The translations under genes and the position numbers were made by a program. This document shows positions 1 to 14,690 of a stretch of 64,000 bases of DNA, one piece after another. The notes under the pieces are model-generated. The model did not search any database and had not been told where the DNA came from. It was given only the letters and a program-made list of their open reading frames with translations. Numbering within the stretch: position 1 is the first letter of the stretch; the number at the start of each line of letters is the position of its first letter. Source of the stretch: Cycas panzhihuaensis (lineage: Eukaryota > Plantae > Cycadophyta); NCBI GenBank assembly GCA_023213395.1, contig CM041465.1, positions 186,627,741-186,691,740 of the forward strand, in the 5' to 3' direction.

Positions 1-3000
1 ATATCTTGAAGTACCTTTAAGATAATATAGAAGTCTTTTGGCTGCTTGCCAATGAGTAGTCTTTAGTTGTTACATGAATCTAGATACAACACTAATTAAA
101 TGCATTATGCCTGGTTGAGTAGATGTCAAGTAGATCAAACTACCAATTAACTATCTATAAAGTATAGGATTAATAGGTGTAGACTCATCCAGTTTGAAAA
201 GCTTGATTCCTATTTTTGTTGGAGTTTCCAATGATTTATAACTAGTCATCCTAATCTTTTATAGTAGATCTAGGGTATACTTCCTTTAGGAGATGAAGAT
301 GCCATTATAATATTACCAAACCCCTAAACCTAGGAAGTGATGCATTAATTCTAAATATGTCATTTTAAATTCCTTACACATGGATTCTTTATAATTTTAC
401 AAAATATAAGAATCATTTCTAGTGTAGACAAGGTCATCTACATAAAGTCACATAATTAGAATAGAATCTCTCTTGATTTTGATGTAGAGATTTTGGTCTG
501 ATTGAGACCTTTCAAAGCCTTGATCTCTAAAATATTTATCAATTTGGGAATACCAAGCCCTAGGTACGTGTTTTAAACTATAAAGTCCATTTTTAAGTTT
601 GTACACTTTATTTTCTTCCCCCTAATTTTAAAACTAATGGGTTGAAAGACATAGATATCCTCTTCAATTTAACCATTGAGGAAAGTGATTTTGATTTCCA
701 TTTGATAAACTTTCCATCCCATTTGAACTTCCAAACTCATCATCATACAAATCATTTCCATTCAAGCAACAGGAGTAAATGTCTCATTGTAATCAATGCC
801 TTCTCTTTGGGTATAATCTTTATTGACCAATCTAGCTTTGTATTTGTTAATTGATCTATTAGAGTGAAACTTGGTTTTATAGATCCACTTAGTGCCAATT
901 GCTCTTTTATTAGGAGATAAGTTAACTAATTCCCAAGTATTATTCTTAACAATTTAGTGATATTCATCTTCCATTACCTTTCTCCAAAAAGCATGTGTAT
1001 TGGCCTCATCAAAGGTTTGAGGCTCATGGGACTCCAAAACTTTGCTCATAAGGGAAAAGTTTACCATATGTGAGAGAGTGGATCTTCGATTACTATCCAA
1101 AATATTGCCTGTATCGTGATTCCTTTAAACCCATTTTGGAAGATTTTATGGTGGAGGTTGAGAAGAGGTTCCCTCCCCACTTGGTTCATTAATGACTCAT
1201 CTAGAGTCAAACATAGGAGGCACATATTTTGACTTAGTGGACTTGTTAAAATTGATTATTACTTCTTTATTTTTTTCTTGATGATCATGATAGCAGGTAT
1301 CTTCCTGAAATTTTATATCTCTACTCATCATAACCTTCTTTGACTTAGGATCATACACTTTGTATGATTTAAATATTTCACTATAGATAAGAAATATGTA
1401 GTTAATACTATAGTCATCTAATTTAGATCTCCTTTATTCAAATACATGTACATAGGTTAGGCATCAAAAAACTCTTAAATGATGTATGTTTGGCTTGTAG
1501 CCTGTCCAAGCTTCTTCAAGTGTCTTCCAACTTAGGGATTTGGTGGAATACCTATTGAGGAGGTAAACATATGTATGGACTACTTTCTCCTAAAACTCAT
1601 GGCCTAAATTTTTATCTTTTAACATTCACCTTGCCATTTCTACAATGATGCGATTTTTCCTTTCCACTACACAAGTTTATTATGGCATATAGGGATTTGT
1701 GAGCTGTCTTCTGATCCTATGATGTATATAGTATGCTTTAAATTCATTGGAGATGAATTCTCCCCTATTATAAAATCTTAAAGAGAGAAGTTTGTACCTA
1801 CTTTGTCACTCCACAAAGGTTTTGAAGTTAATAAAGTATTAGAAAGCATCTAATTTGAACATAAGGAAGAATACCTACATCTTCCTAGTGTAGTCATTAA
1901 TGAATGTGATGAAATAGCATGCACCTGCTAATGAGAGGACATCCATAGGGCTATAGGTATCTGTATAGACTAGATAAAGTAGACCAATTTCTCTATAGCT
2001 AAAGTCTGGAAAACTTTCCCTACGTTGTTTACTAAGTAGGCATCCCTCGCGTATAGTTTTATCCACTTCAATGTTAGGCAACCCACTAACCATATCCATT
2101 CTTTTTACTAGGGTTAAATTACTATAGTTGAGGTGTCTAGATATCCTATGCCATAAGTCATTGTCTAATTTAACTATGGTTCTTAAGGCATAGGTATCTG
2201 ATGGAGTAAGGACAAGTTTGAAAAGTCTCTTTTGTTATTTTGTCTTTTGCAACAATTGCCTTATTTTTCCTTTTATCTTTAATTATGCATTCACTATTAT
2301 CAAAAATGACCTTGTAATCCTAATCTATCATCTACCCTACTGATAATAGATTTTTCTTCAAGACAGGAATATATAGTACATCATCAAGGTATCTATACTC
2401 TCCTATATCTATCATGAGAGCTATGTTACCTCTACTAATTAATTCATGGGACGTATCATCTCCAAACATTATTAAACATCTTTTTCTTTTATCCAAGGTA
2501 TGAAATAAATACTCCTTATGAGTCATATGAGTGGAGCAACCTAAATCAATGTACCAACTATAATCATCTTCTTCTTTGGCATTATAATTAGATAGGAAAA
2601 GTTTGTTATTATCCCTTGTCTCAATTCTGGTATTTGTACTATCTTTCATGGGTGGTCCATGTTTTGAAAAATATTTGTCTTCTATGTAACTACTACAATG
2701 ACAATAAGTGCAATATAGTGTCTCTCTTCTCCCATAGCTTAGGCTTTAACTTTCTTGATGAGTTCTTTCAATGTAGGATGATCTCTCCTTTTTCTCATAA
2801 TGGGGAACTAGATTGTTCCTTTGTCTATTATTATAATAATCCTAATTTGATCTTGTAGCTTGAATATTTCCTTGGAAATTAGCATAATATGAATGTGCCT
2901 CAGGTTATTTCTCCTAATTTTGATACTTAGGAGGATTGATATTTCTTTGGTTTTCTCCTTGTCTATTTTAGTGAGGAGCTTGATATTTAGGTGGATCATG

Positions 3001-6000
3001 ACACATATCCCTTCTAGGATTTCTATCCCTTCTCTTAGGAGGTGATTATTTATATTTTAATGTATCCACTTGAGAATGAGATTAAATTCTAACCTTGGTA
3101 GTAAAGGCATGCTCAAGAGATTCGTTTACATTTTGTTATTCTTCGATTGACATCAACATAGCACTTAGTTGTTCCACCTTAAGAGTGCTTAGATCTCTAG
3201 AAACTCCTATGCTTGTCACCACTATTTCAAACCTTCTTATGGCACATGCACATCTCAATATTCTTTCCACTACTCTTTACTCTATTAATGTATCCCCAAG
3301 TGATTTCATTTAGTTATTATATCTTAGACCTTAGTCATGAATTCTATCATAGATTCTATTGGCATCATTCACAAGTCTTCAAATATACTTCTTAGGTTTT
3401 GAAGCTTAGATGGTGCAGCTCCTTCATAAATTAATTATAGGATATCCCATGCTTCTTTTGACTTTGTTAACCCATTAACTCATGGGAAAATATGATCTTT
3501 TAATGCACAGAAGATAAGGGTAGGAGCTTCATTATCCTTTTTAACATTTTTTTTATAAGTTATCTTTTCAATTGTAATGGCCTTTTGATCTACTCACTAT
3601 AACTTGTTCTCACAATCTCCCATATATCATTAGCAATGAGGAGGGGTCTTATCCTCCTACTCTAGTTTTAAAAGTTATTACCATCAAACTTGGGAATTAT
3701 CATGTTTCCAAAGTTCATTGTCATTTCTTAGCTAAAGTTTAAAACTATAGATAAAGTAAAGTTTTCAAAGGTTTAATTTTAAAAATTAACCAAAGAAGTA
3801 ATGTGTATAGTTTTTCCCAAGGTTTTACAAATGTCCTAGTCCCTAATAAGGCTTCTACGCTCTAAGTCCAAGGATCTCTAAGGGAAACCATCAGTTGATA
3901 TTCTATCTAGTGGTGCCTACCTATAAGTGTTAAAACAGGGACTTAATATATCGGTACATGAGCTCTAAGCTTGATATACCTTAGTACGTGAGCTTCTATA
4001 AAGGTTATTACACCCCTGTGAATTGTTGGTCCACATATGCCAGACTTATGTCTAGCGACATATCTAGTGGTGAAGGTTTAACTAACCAAGACACTCACCC
4101 TCTCCAAGTCTAGCCTTGGTCTTTAAACTCCAATAAAGATAGATTCTCCACCTCAATCTACCACCTAATACACCTTATAGCCAATGACTTTCCTCATCCA
4201 ATATAAGTAGGCCAATTAGCATGTGCGTGGTGGTAACTTCAGGGGTCCTAATCATTCGCCTTACAAGGCTAAAAAAGATGCGATTAATTTAGAAAATTAT
4301 CTTTCTTAATATGAAAGTAAATTTTAATTAAATGTGGTATTACTTAATCTCTCTAAGATTCCTTTTATTCAAGAAATAAAATGAAACAAAATAGATCTTT
4401 AAACAAGATAAAATACATTTCAAATGAAAGTATGATGTAAAACTGCATATCAAGTCATAATAAGAACAAGTAAAAGAATTGAGATACTCTTCTTCTTTTA
4501 ATAAACCAGAAAAAAAATGCTAGTATATAGTCTAATATTCTTAAATTGAGATGCTCTTATAGAAATAAAGTAAGAAAATATATGCACCTGTCTAAAGTGA
4601 TGCACTAAAAAAAATGGAATCCTTAGTCTTTTGGAATGTTTGAATGAAATTTAAAACAAAACTGATCAATAGACCTTGTAACTATGCTTTTGCAAATCTC
4701 AAACTGAAAAAAGAATAAAGCTTTTAATAAAAAAGTAAAGAAACTCCTTGACTAATATGCCACATAATATTGCAAGATAATGATATTATAATTTGAGTTC
4801 TAAATTATTCCTTTATAAGAATAGAAAGAAACTAGGTGAATCTTGCAATTTTGAGAAGAAACAATGCTTGAAGTGATTAGAAGTGCTAAAAAAACAGTCT
4901 ATATTTAAATGATAATGTAAAGGATAAAATAAAAGTCAAGGTACTTGGTACCAATTTGATATATTACTCCACTTAGGCTTCTTTATGCTTATGAAGCTAC
5001 AATTGATGCTAGTGGTTATAAATAGCTTATAATCTTTATGAAAAACTAATAAATAACTCCAAAAAATTGATTAGCAGCAAATTATGCTTAAGTAGAATTA
5101 ATTTGAATGAAAAAATACTCAAGAATATTATGAAATGAGCCTGTTTAGGGATGAACTAAAGTCTTAATTAAGCAAATTTCAAGTCCTAAAAAATGATTTC
5201 AAAATAAGATGAGACTAATTCCAATGTGAAGAGCTCTGAAACAACTTTCTGTTAGTTCTTACAGTTTTGAAATCGGAGCTAAAATGGTCAAGATATTGCG
5301 AAAGCAGTGAACATACCTCTTTAAGGCTAGTGAAATAAGTATTGAAAAAAATGTTGACTTTAATTGATTTAAACACAACCAAAATAGACTCAAATCAGTC
5401 AAGAGATGATACCACCCTGAAGATCTCTGAAATATGGTTCCAATAGGACTAGTTTCACTAAAAATTGATACTCTAGGAGAAAGTTACAGTAAAAAATACA
5501 AGAAGTCCTTTTTATGTATTAACAAAATAAAAGTTTTAAAAGAAAATAAGTAGGCCTCTTTAAAGAGAAGGAGAACGGTCACATGGGACTCAATGTAGCC
5601 ACCGGCTTAGTCCTAAGGGGGGGGGACTATAGAACTCAAAAGATATAAAATATACTTAATAACTTTTAGAATTAAAATGATAAAAAGAGCTTATAATCGT
5701 TCACATCTGCCCCTTACTAAACAAAACAATGTGGTCACATGGCTTAAGGAGATCGAGGGCTAAACAAATGGGGGCTATCGCCCTTTAAACACCTGGATTT
5801 CAATTGATATCAATATTAATTAAATTTTTATAAGCTTTAATCAAATGAAACTTAAATAAAACATAAGAAATGTTGAATAAATGGGACAGACGTTGTTACA
5901 TGACCTATGCAAGTGATTTCAGGGCAAAACAAAGGCAAAACAAAGGCAAAACAAAGATGAATATTGATCCTGTGGATTGATTAAACACTGCAAGAGGGGC

Positions 6001-6215
6001 ACCTCTACAGTCCACATGTAGATCGATCGAAAATGGAGATCAAAATATATATTTTATATATGTTAAAAATAGAAAAAAGGAGAATGTGAATAGGAGCCGA
6101 TGAAAACTCAAAGAAAACACACATATTTTGACAAAAAACCTTTGCACAAACAGATCACAAGGGGGTGCCTTAGCACATGTAAGGATATTTAATTGAAAAA
6201 AAATCCCCCTTTTTT

Positions 6216-6218
<3 letters not shown>

Positions 6219-6277
<59 letters not shown>
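6219..6277. repeat. (AT)n microsatellite
   Basis: About 29 perfect AT units. Confidence 0.95.
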
Positions 6278-6282
<5 letters not shown>

Positions 6283-6810
6283 TATATAAAACTAGTGTAA
6301 TGTGAATGTACAAAGGTAAGGAGGCACAGGTGACTCAAGCTCTCTGTAGGAGGCATCGTTTCTTACCAAATTTTAGTGGTAGTTGGGTATGCTAGATAGC
6401 AATCCACAGGTAAAGTTTTGTGCCAAACAGTTACTTGTAGGCTCAGAACAAAGCAACAGAGTAAAATGGACTACAAACGATAGGCTACAGCTCTCATAGA
6501 GATTTCTTCCAACAGAAACAATGAAATCATGTGTGGTTTTTTCTAATGACTAGAGAACTCGATCACGATCAGAACGAGTATTCATATGATATTGTTCTGA
6601 TCAGTGTGCGATCCATAGTAACGAGCTCTAAATCAACTATATTTGGTTTAAAAATAAAAAATAAAAAATATATAAATAAATTTATATAATATTCTAAAGT
6701 TTAATAACGTTGCTGATTCAATAAATCAAAATGTCATGCACATACCAAAAATAATGCCATAAAACTAGTATAACTCTTTCGAACCCCAACTGAACACACT
6801 CTAATATCAA

Positions 6811-7178
6811 TATTGGCTTCAAGGTGTAGAACAGAAGGATTACAAGTAAGTATACATCACCTTGAAGTGTAAATTAATCTCTAAAATGTAAATGGCAGTG
6901 TTAAAAAACACCAGAGAGGTATTCCCCACCTATATATAAATAAATTTAGAGAGGCAATAAGTGCCTCAACCTGAACAATGTTAAAATTCAAAAAAATAAA
7001 TTAAAATATTAACTAAATAATTAAATATCTTACCTAAGGTGGCTATGGCAGATCTTAGTTAGTTGCAGGTGGCTATTTGAGGATGCTAGGTGGCCTAAGG
7101 TGGCCTAGGGAAGCTCAAGGTAGTATTAAGAGACCCAAGGTACTCACGGGCACTTGCAAATTTGACATTATCCCAATA
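6811..7178 (-). repeat. 5' LTR of the copia element
   Basis: Termini tattgg...ccaata (decayed TGTTGG...CCAACA), adjacent to the PBS. Core is homologous to the LTRs at 28658 and 46845 (ggcagtgttaaaaaacaccag vs gggcagtgtttaaagacaccag). Repeated ggtggc motifs at 7035-7110. Confidence 0.7.
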
Positions 7179-8740
7179 ACTTTAATACAAACTAATAAGT
7201 GTTTTTAACTCTAATAATTTTAAGCATGCTAAATTCATCTAAGATGGAAAGGTTTAGGCTATTTACATATATAAAAGTCATCTATTATGTTCTTTCTTCA
7301 TGCTCCACCCTAATTGATAACTTATAAAATTTATTTGTATAATCTTAGATACTCATCTATCTCTATCTTAAGTTCTAAATTTTTTTTAGCAAGGTTTGAG
7401 AGTAATTTAATTGAAGAAATTTTTCTTTGAACTTCTCTACCATCTTACTCTAAATTTTAATCCTATCATTCTTATTTTTCACCCTCTCTTTCTATAGGTG
7501 ATTCCCCTATATCATTGCATGACCTTTTAGCTTAGTGCATGCAAGTTTTACTTTCGTCTTCTTTGTCATTTCCTTCTATTAAAATAATTTCTCTATACTA
7601 TTTAATCAATCAACTAACTCTTTAAGCTTTATGATGCTTCCATACTCTAAGACATCAAATTTCACTCTATTATTCTTTTCTTTCAATGCTTTTAATATTC
7701 TCTCTTTATAGGATGACAATTCTTATGGTTCCTCTTCCTCAAGATCCATTTTAGTTTTTAGGTTTGTTTCTACATTATTATTATGTCTTCTTGACCTTAT
7801 CCATTCCTTAAGAGAGTCTCATATTACTTTAGCATCACCTCTATGAGCTCTTTTATTATTCTCTATAACTCTTACATGCTCATATCTAATTGTGCAGTCT
7901 TCCTTTAGCCATCTTATCTCTCTAACTATTTACTTTCTTCTTGCAACATAAACACTTTCAATTTGCTTATAATAATTCTCAAATAGATTTTAAAAGAAAA
8001 TATAAAACTCATGAATAATTTATTATAAACTTCTTCTTCTACTCCTCCCAGAGATGAATTATACTTTGATATTAGATAATAGATAGTAATTCCTTCAACA
8101 ACGCATACATGTGAAGAAAACAAAGTAGTTCAAGGTGAAAAAAATAAAACCAAACTATTCAAGAACACTTTTCTTTTTAAAATTTCTATCTTTCAATTCC
8201 TAAACTAAATTTTTACAATACTAAAAGTATATAAAATTGATGGCCTTTGGCTACAAAAAAATCCTAACTATAATTCTCTAAAATAAAAAAACTTTCTTAC
8301 AACGAAAAAAAAAAAAAAAACCTCAAATTAAAAACTTTCTATATTTAGCAAAATCCTAATTATTACTATTTTTAGTAATTTTTTAAAAGTTCTCCAATTC
8401 TCACAAAAATTGACTCATGGGTAGTTAAACATATTATAGGCCCCATAAAAACACAATTAATATAAATTTAATCTCTTAACTGAGAAAAATAATATCCACA
8501 AGGTGTTACAAAAGTGATAAATAATCACAAAATATTATTTTGGGCCCTTAGATGATCTCGTTTGAGCTCAAAAATATTATAAATAGTACCATGACCAATA
8601 TCATACCTTATGGTGTTATGCACTTTTTGAAGACCTATATTTAAAAGAAAAGATAAGGTAAAATAAGCACTTAAATTAAAAGTTGTGACCTTGACAAGTT
8701 AACCCTCAAAATTTAGAAACTTAAAAATGCTCTCACATCA
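7179..8740 (-). mobile_element. 5' part (LTR, PBS, gag) of a CRM-like Ty3/gypsy element, interrupted by the copia element
   Basis: 7220-7650 is homologous to the gag at 27050-27470. PBS-like actttgatatta at 8063-8074. LTR ~8077-8740 ends in ...ctctcacatca and aligns with the LTR at 22544-23252. Confidence 0.75.
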
Positions 8741-9289
8741 ATATAATAATATCTCGTATGAGCAATCTAGTTCCATTTCTATAATAGAGGGAACATAAAA
8801 ATAATTTATATGGGTACAAGCGTCATAATATATTTACATATAATTACATATGTATTAGTCTTTAATATGATCCTACAAAAATCTAATAACAAAAGTAGTG
8901 TATGCTTCACCTAATAAAGTGTGGACTAAGCATGCATCTTACAAGAAGATATTCTACACTAATAGATAGAAATAAATGCACCATGGTTACCTTACCTAAG
9001 TTTTCTCCAGGCATATGGAACTTTAATGCTTACAAGTGGTGAGCATAAATATATATCTATATAAAAAATAAATGGTAGTAAGGAGTAAATCTTTATGGAT
9101 GATATATGCTATATACAAGCATATACACATGTATTGCATCTATGTTTAGATAATATTAGAGGTTATAAGCATATTATAGATCACTTAGGATTTGCATATG
9201 AAGAATAACAAAGAGAACAAATGGTTGGTAGAAATATCTTAGTGATTGTAATGGTGTTTCCCTAAGTAATTATTATGATAGTAGAAGTC

Positions 9290-9480
9290 ACTTATAAAAG
9301 AAGCAACTGAGCACAACCCATGGTGTAATCACTTCAATGAAGATAATCTATAATGATTTCATCTTAAAGTGTAATAGGCCATAGACAAGCAATGAATATA
9401 TAGATATTTGTTTCATCAAATATAGATGGATAGACTGAGGCCTATAAATGCACAAAATACTAATGGAATTATACACAATT
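9290..9480 (+). mobile_element. Highly degenerate Ty3/gypsy integrase core remnant
   Basis: catggtgta... (HGV) and tttcatcaa..atagatggatagactgaggcc resemble FHPQTDGQTE. Confidence 0.35.
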
Positions 9481-9539
9481 TTGAGTGACATAAATGTAAA
9501 GTTAGTACTTTAACCTTTTCTTAAAGGCAACTACAAAAG

Positions 9540-12500
9540 AAATTAGATTACAAGTACCATGGTGGTGATGTTAATGGCTAAGAATATGAATTTTATGGAG
9601 TAAACTATAAAAGAAAAGAAACATATATATGGATTATAGGTGTGCATCTAGGTCTAACCCTTTAATGATGATCTCCTATATTGAATCTGAGTAACCCAGG
9701 GCCATTAAAAATCCAAGTTTGGATTCAATTTCCTTTTTTGCTTGATGAATTTAGAGAATAGGAATGTTTAATCAAAATAGGATCCATGTTAGGTAAAAGG
9801 TTATTAAGTTAGACTCAAACACTTTAGAGCACACTACTGGGGGATGGCAAAAGTGTGTGTCAAGTTAGATATGACTAAATAGCTTAAAAAATACCTATTT
9901 ATTAAAGTTATAAATAAGTCAATCAAAATTAATTAGGACTATGAAAGGGTCTCATTTAGATTCACTACATGTCATAGCATTGGGCATGTACATAAGTTTT
10001 GTCACTTATTCCAAGTGTCTCCTAGTTTAGACCCTTATAGAGATGAAGTCATTCCAGACCAAAGGCCCCCCACCCAACTAGTTACTAATAAGTTAAATAA
10101 GTAGAAGGAGCGATTGGCAGGGAATAACTCTATTAACAATGAGGAAATTCTATAAACTCACATAGAAATGACTACTCATCATCAATACATGATTTCACCT
10201 TAGACAAGAGAGGAAAGAAGGTGGATAGTAGTCATTAATTGATTGTAAAACAAAGGTAAAGGTCACCTCATAAGTATGCAGTATCTTCAATCAAATCTCA
10301 ATGACTCTAGAGATTAACTTAAGAAAAGGCTGGAGGTTGCTTCATCAATCCAAGGATAAACATTTAAAGTTGTTGTAGTGCCTATGTCAGGGCACTCTTG
10401 AGATAACTCAACTGATATATATATGGAGGAAGCAAATTCTCTAGATCATGTTTTAGAAACCCAATGGTTATGATCTCTAAATGTGAATGACTATCAACCA
10501 CAATAACATATGCCCAATAATAAAGATCCTCCACATCACATTCAACTCAAATCTCTAGCCTGGATTAATTCTTCTGAATCAAATGGATAGAAATAACATT
10601 TTAGCTATGCCATGGAATATAAGGGGTATTGGTCTCCCCCACTTTTAGAAACACATAGAGCTAAAATGTATAGTTTGGCAATATCATCCTCATTTTTTCG
10701 TTCTGACAGAAACTCATATTGTGTCTAAAAGTGATATGATATGCACTATCCATAGTATCTAGTTGTTAGCTCAATGGAAAGCAATTCTTCTAGATCGACC
10801 CATCGAAGGACTCTATATTATGTGGAATAGCCAATGGAAGATGATCCAGTATATTATAAGCCCTTTTCAAGATTGGTTATATTTAAAAATAGAAACAGAT
10901 CAATTCATCTACTAGGTCACTAGGGTCTATGCCTCTACTAATACTCATGTCAGATACGATTCATGGTAAACTTTGGTAGGTGCTTTAAATAATAATTAGG
11001 TAGATCATGACTATAATTTACTATTGGGGGACTTCAACTTTATGGAATACCCTAATGATAAATCAGGCGATAAATTCAAAAGACCTTATCAAAGAGATAA
11101 TTCATCTTTTGCTAAACTTAAAGATTCCCTCGGTCTAAGCTTCTTTCAAAGGGACCTCTGAATTTTACTTGGACCAACAACCAATAGGGTAGCAGTCACA
11201 TAGCTAAAAGCCTAGATAGAGTCTACATATCAAACTCTCTCAACCATCTCATTAATTAGTACCAATACATCTCAGTGAACATGGGTGTGATATATAATCA
11301 TATCCCTATTAAGATCTAATTTTCCAATAGGATTTACTCTTTTATCATAAGGAAGATAGTTTTTAAATTCAACACAATTTGGTCAAATTAGAGGACTTTA
11401 GGATTACCCTGCAATAATGGTGGGAGGAACTATATACCAGGTTAATTATTTTAGATAGCCCTAATACTCAGTGGACAATGATTATAAAGGGTCTCAAATC
11501 CTATATCAAAATATTTGGCAAAGATTATAAATGTCAATTTAAGGAACAAAGGGAATCCTTATTGATTATAATTCGTGACATCGAAAAGGAATTTAAAGAA
11601 GGAAAAGGTTTGCCTGATCTTCAATCAAAACCCATTGACTTAAATGACCAATTTTTTCTAATGCAAAAATAAGAAGTAGGAAAATAAAGAGCATGGCCCA
11701 ATATTCAATGGAAACTGCATGCTGATCAGAATTCAAAAATTTTTAATCACTATGTTAAGACATTATAACATCAGCGATCTCTTCAGCATCTGTAGGTCTC
11801 CCCCATAGAGATCGCGTACTCACGCCACAAAATCCAAAGTGAGAAATTCCATCACTTTAACCGATTATGGACCACTTAGGGCTTCTCTATTGCCAAGGCC
11901 AAAGCTACTCAAATCATACTAAGGTGAATCCTATCCCTTAGGAGTGTAGTAGAAATTTAAATGACCCTCTCAAGAGACTGATCATCAAGGAGGAAATATA
12001 CAAAATCATGATGAAGCTTCCCAAAGGTAAATCTCCAGGCCCAGATAGAATGTGTATTGAGCTCCTATTGGATATAGATTCTAATAAGGTACCTCAGCTT
12101 TTAGTAAAAGTATCAAAAAAGGTTTACCATACATGTAAAATGCATCCAACTATCAATGTAACCATAGTATCCTTGATCCCTAAACATTGTACCATGTCCA
12201 CCATCCACTAGTGGAGACCCATAAGCCTCTGTAACACACTGCATAAAATAATAGCTGAAGTTATATCCAATCGACTCAAAGAGTTCCTTCCTTAGGTTGT
12301 TAATGAAAATCAAATAGCCTTCATAAAAGGTCGATGTATAGAAGACAACATAATAATGATTGTTGAGGCTCTTCATACTATACATACAAAAAGGCAACAA
12401 GTAGCTCTAGTCAAATTGGACATGAATAAAGCTTATGGCATAGTGGAATAGGACTTTCTTTTTGCCATCCTTTCTTAAAAGGGTTTACAAATAGACCATA

Positions 12501-14541
12501 TCAGCTAGATCAAAGCCATGATCTCTTTGGTTTTCATAGCCATAAAAAGCAATGGCTTACTTGATTGCCTCATCTATACTAGTAGAGGAATTTACCAAGG
12601 ATGCCCCTTATCTCCTTATCTATTCATGATTGATATGGGCGACCTCTCTTCTTTATTAGTATGGCTCCAGTCAATGGGTCTTCTCCAAGGGGTTTCTATT
12701 GATGGAAAAAAGGTCACAGTACACCAAATCTTTGCAGATGATACCATATTATTAGGCCATCCTTCACATGTAGAAATCAATGTCTAGAGCCAAGTGCTTA
12801 GTTTTTTTGGTCTCGTAGCAAGGATGATGATTAATCACAGTAAATCCAACATCATCTTCAATGAAGTAGATATAGAGGATCAATCCTCTTTGGCAATATC
12901 CCTGGGAACTCCAATCATCCCTAAATCTATAATCTTCAAATACCTAGACATCCCTATGGGCATCTCTAAACTAAAAATTATTGATTGGCATCCTTATATT
13001 TTAAAAATCAAGAAGAAGTAAAACGCTTGGCTAACCAAATCTCTCAACCTAATAGGCAGACAAAGTCTAATAGAATCGACCCTATCCTAAATGCCTAATT
13101 ATCTAATGTCCATCATTCAAGCTCCTAAAGTAGTGCTATCAATAATTCGAAGCCTATTCATAAGATTCCTCTAGAAACCATGATCAACATAAGCGAGGTT
13201 ATCTACCTAGTGAAGTAGAGCACACCGTCTAATCACAAGGGTTGAGGTGGCCTTAGACTTAAAGACCCTTTTATCATGGCAAAGGTGAGAGGGGCAAAGC
13301 AGTTATAAGATCTATAGAATAGAGAAAATAAAAAATGGGCCCACATTATTAGGAGGAAGTATTGTTTAGTGCAACCAACTAAATAGCAACTTGCAACTCC
13401 CAACCATCTAAATAAAAGATTCATAATTTGGAATAATATGGTAGAAACTTAGGATAATCTCCACTATAATACTATATATTCTCTAGGATTAATAGGCCTT
13501 CAAGTTAACTTTTGGATAGTTAAATGGTTGTCTCTAGGGTATTCTTTGTTAGCCAATCAGGAGGATTTCACACTTTTAGCCCAGTTCTTCAGCTCTCATA
13601 ATTGGCTCACTGTGGCTCAATTCCATAATTTTGATCACCTTTGTTAGAAGATTTTTTTTGAGCTCATGATGGAGATTAATCCTCAACCTAAACCTTTACT
13701 CTTGCAAATGGATGATAGACTCAACTTTTTCATGTAATAAGTGGACCCTCTTGTCATATCAAAGGATCTAGAGAAGAAGGAAGGTCTTAGGTTCCTCTCC
13801 AGGGGTCGAGTGTTCAAGTCTATAGAATTCCACTACCTGTTACATAGTCAACAATATCAACATGTTTAATTTCAAGCTGAATGGGGATGGATATGGTGGA
13901 AGCAAGCACAACTTAAATATAATATGCTTTACTGAAGAATTTTGTACAAGGCCTTTATTTTTCAGAACAAATAGGATTAATGGAACATGAATCATTAATC
14001 CTGTTATTTAGTGTGTGGTGCTCAAAATGACAACTTCAATTATATTTGGTGGCATTATCCTCCAATCTAAGAAATCTAACATACCGCCTTTGAGATCTTT
14101 AATCTAGACTAAGGCTTCACTAAAATTTAAATTGGTCATCTACCTCTTCATTCTTGGCTAATTAAAGGGAGTTGGGTAATAGTATATGTTTGGCTCGCAA
14201 CACACTGTCACTTGACAGACCATTGGCTTCTTTTTCTCAAAACCATCTTGTACGAAATTTGAAAAATCTGTACCATAGCTTATTTCTAAAGTCTCATTCT
14301 TTAATCAAACTTTTGGGCATATAAGGAAGGAAATTCAGTTATGGTTGTCTCATAATCCTTAATTTATTTCTCTCCATAAAAAACTTAAGAAAAACGTCCA
14401 TATCGATACTACTATTTTGAGTACACTGTATGTAAAAGACTGGGTTAGTAGATCTACTTGACAAATGGGCTCTTTAGCCTCTTGTACTATATTTGAATTT
14501 ATAATTTAATAACATATATATTTTTACCTTAAAAAAAAAAA
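9540..14541 (+). mobile_element. Degenerate L1-clade LINE (ORF1 with zinc knuckle; ORF2 endonuclease-RT; poly(A) tail)
   Basis: ORF1: WIQFP (~9720) and a CCHC-like TTCHSIGHVHKFC (~9965-10003). APE endonuclease: WNIRG (~10613), GDFN (~11025), FTWTN (~11165). RT: GKSPGPD, WRPISLCN, KLDMNKAY, RGIYQGCPLSPYLF, FADD (12000-12750). A11 tail at 14531-14541. The 5' boundary is approximate. Confidence 0.9.
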
Positions 14542-14690
14542 CTAATAAACAAGAATATTAACACTATAGAGAAGGACTAAAGAAGGTGGACAAAAATATT
14601 GCATGAAAAGAAAGTAGTACTAACACTAATAAGCAAGAATGTTAGTACTATAAAGAAGGACTAGAGAAGGTAGACAAAAGTATTGTATAT
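14541..14690. repeat. Diverged ~84-bp tandem duplication just after the LINE tail
   Basis: actaataaacaagaatattaacactatagagaaggactaaagaaggtggacaaaaatattg vs actaataagcaagaatgttagtactataaagaaggactagagaaggtagacaaaagtattg. Confidence 0.8.

Larger units (their letters stand above)
1..7178 (-). mobile_element. Degenerate Ty1/copia LTR retrotransposon (5' LTR, ~3-kb leader, gag-PR-INT-RT); continues beyond window start
   Basis: Minus strand gag starts at 3724 (MTMNFGNMIIPKFDGNNF*N*SRR..DIWEIV). Protease motif WYIDLGCSTHM (~2520-2560), integrase YFITFINDYTRK (~1880-1920) and RT remnants (1-1000), all with many stops. PBS-like actctaatatca at 6798-6809 (decayed rc of tggtatcagagc). LTR at 6811-7178. 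Confidence 0.85.

Noticed and set aside
3830-4270. Possible hammerhead ribozyme or retrozyme in the GC-richer part of the copia leader
   Set aside because: No intact CUGAnGA...GAAA core with supporting stems was seen.
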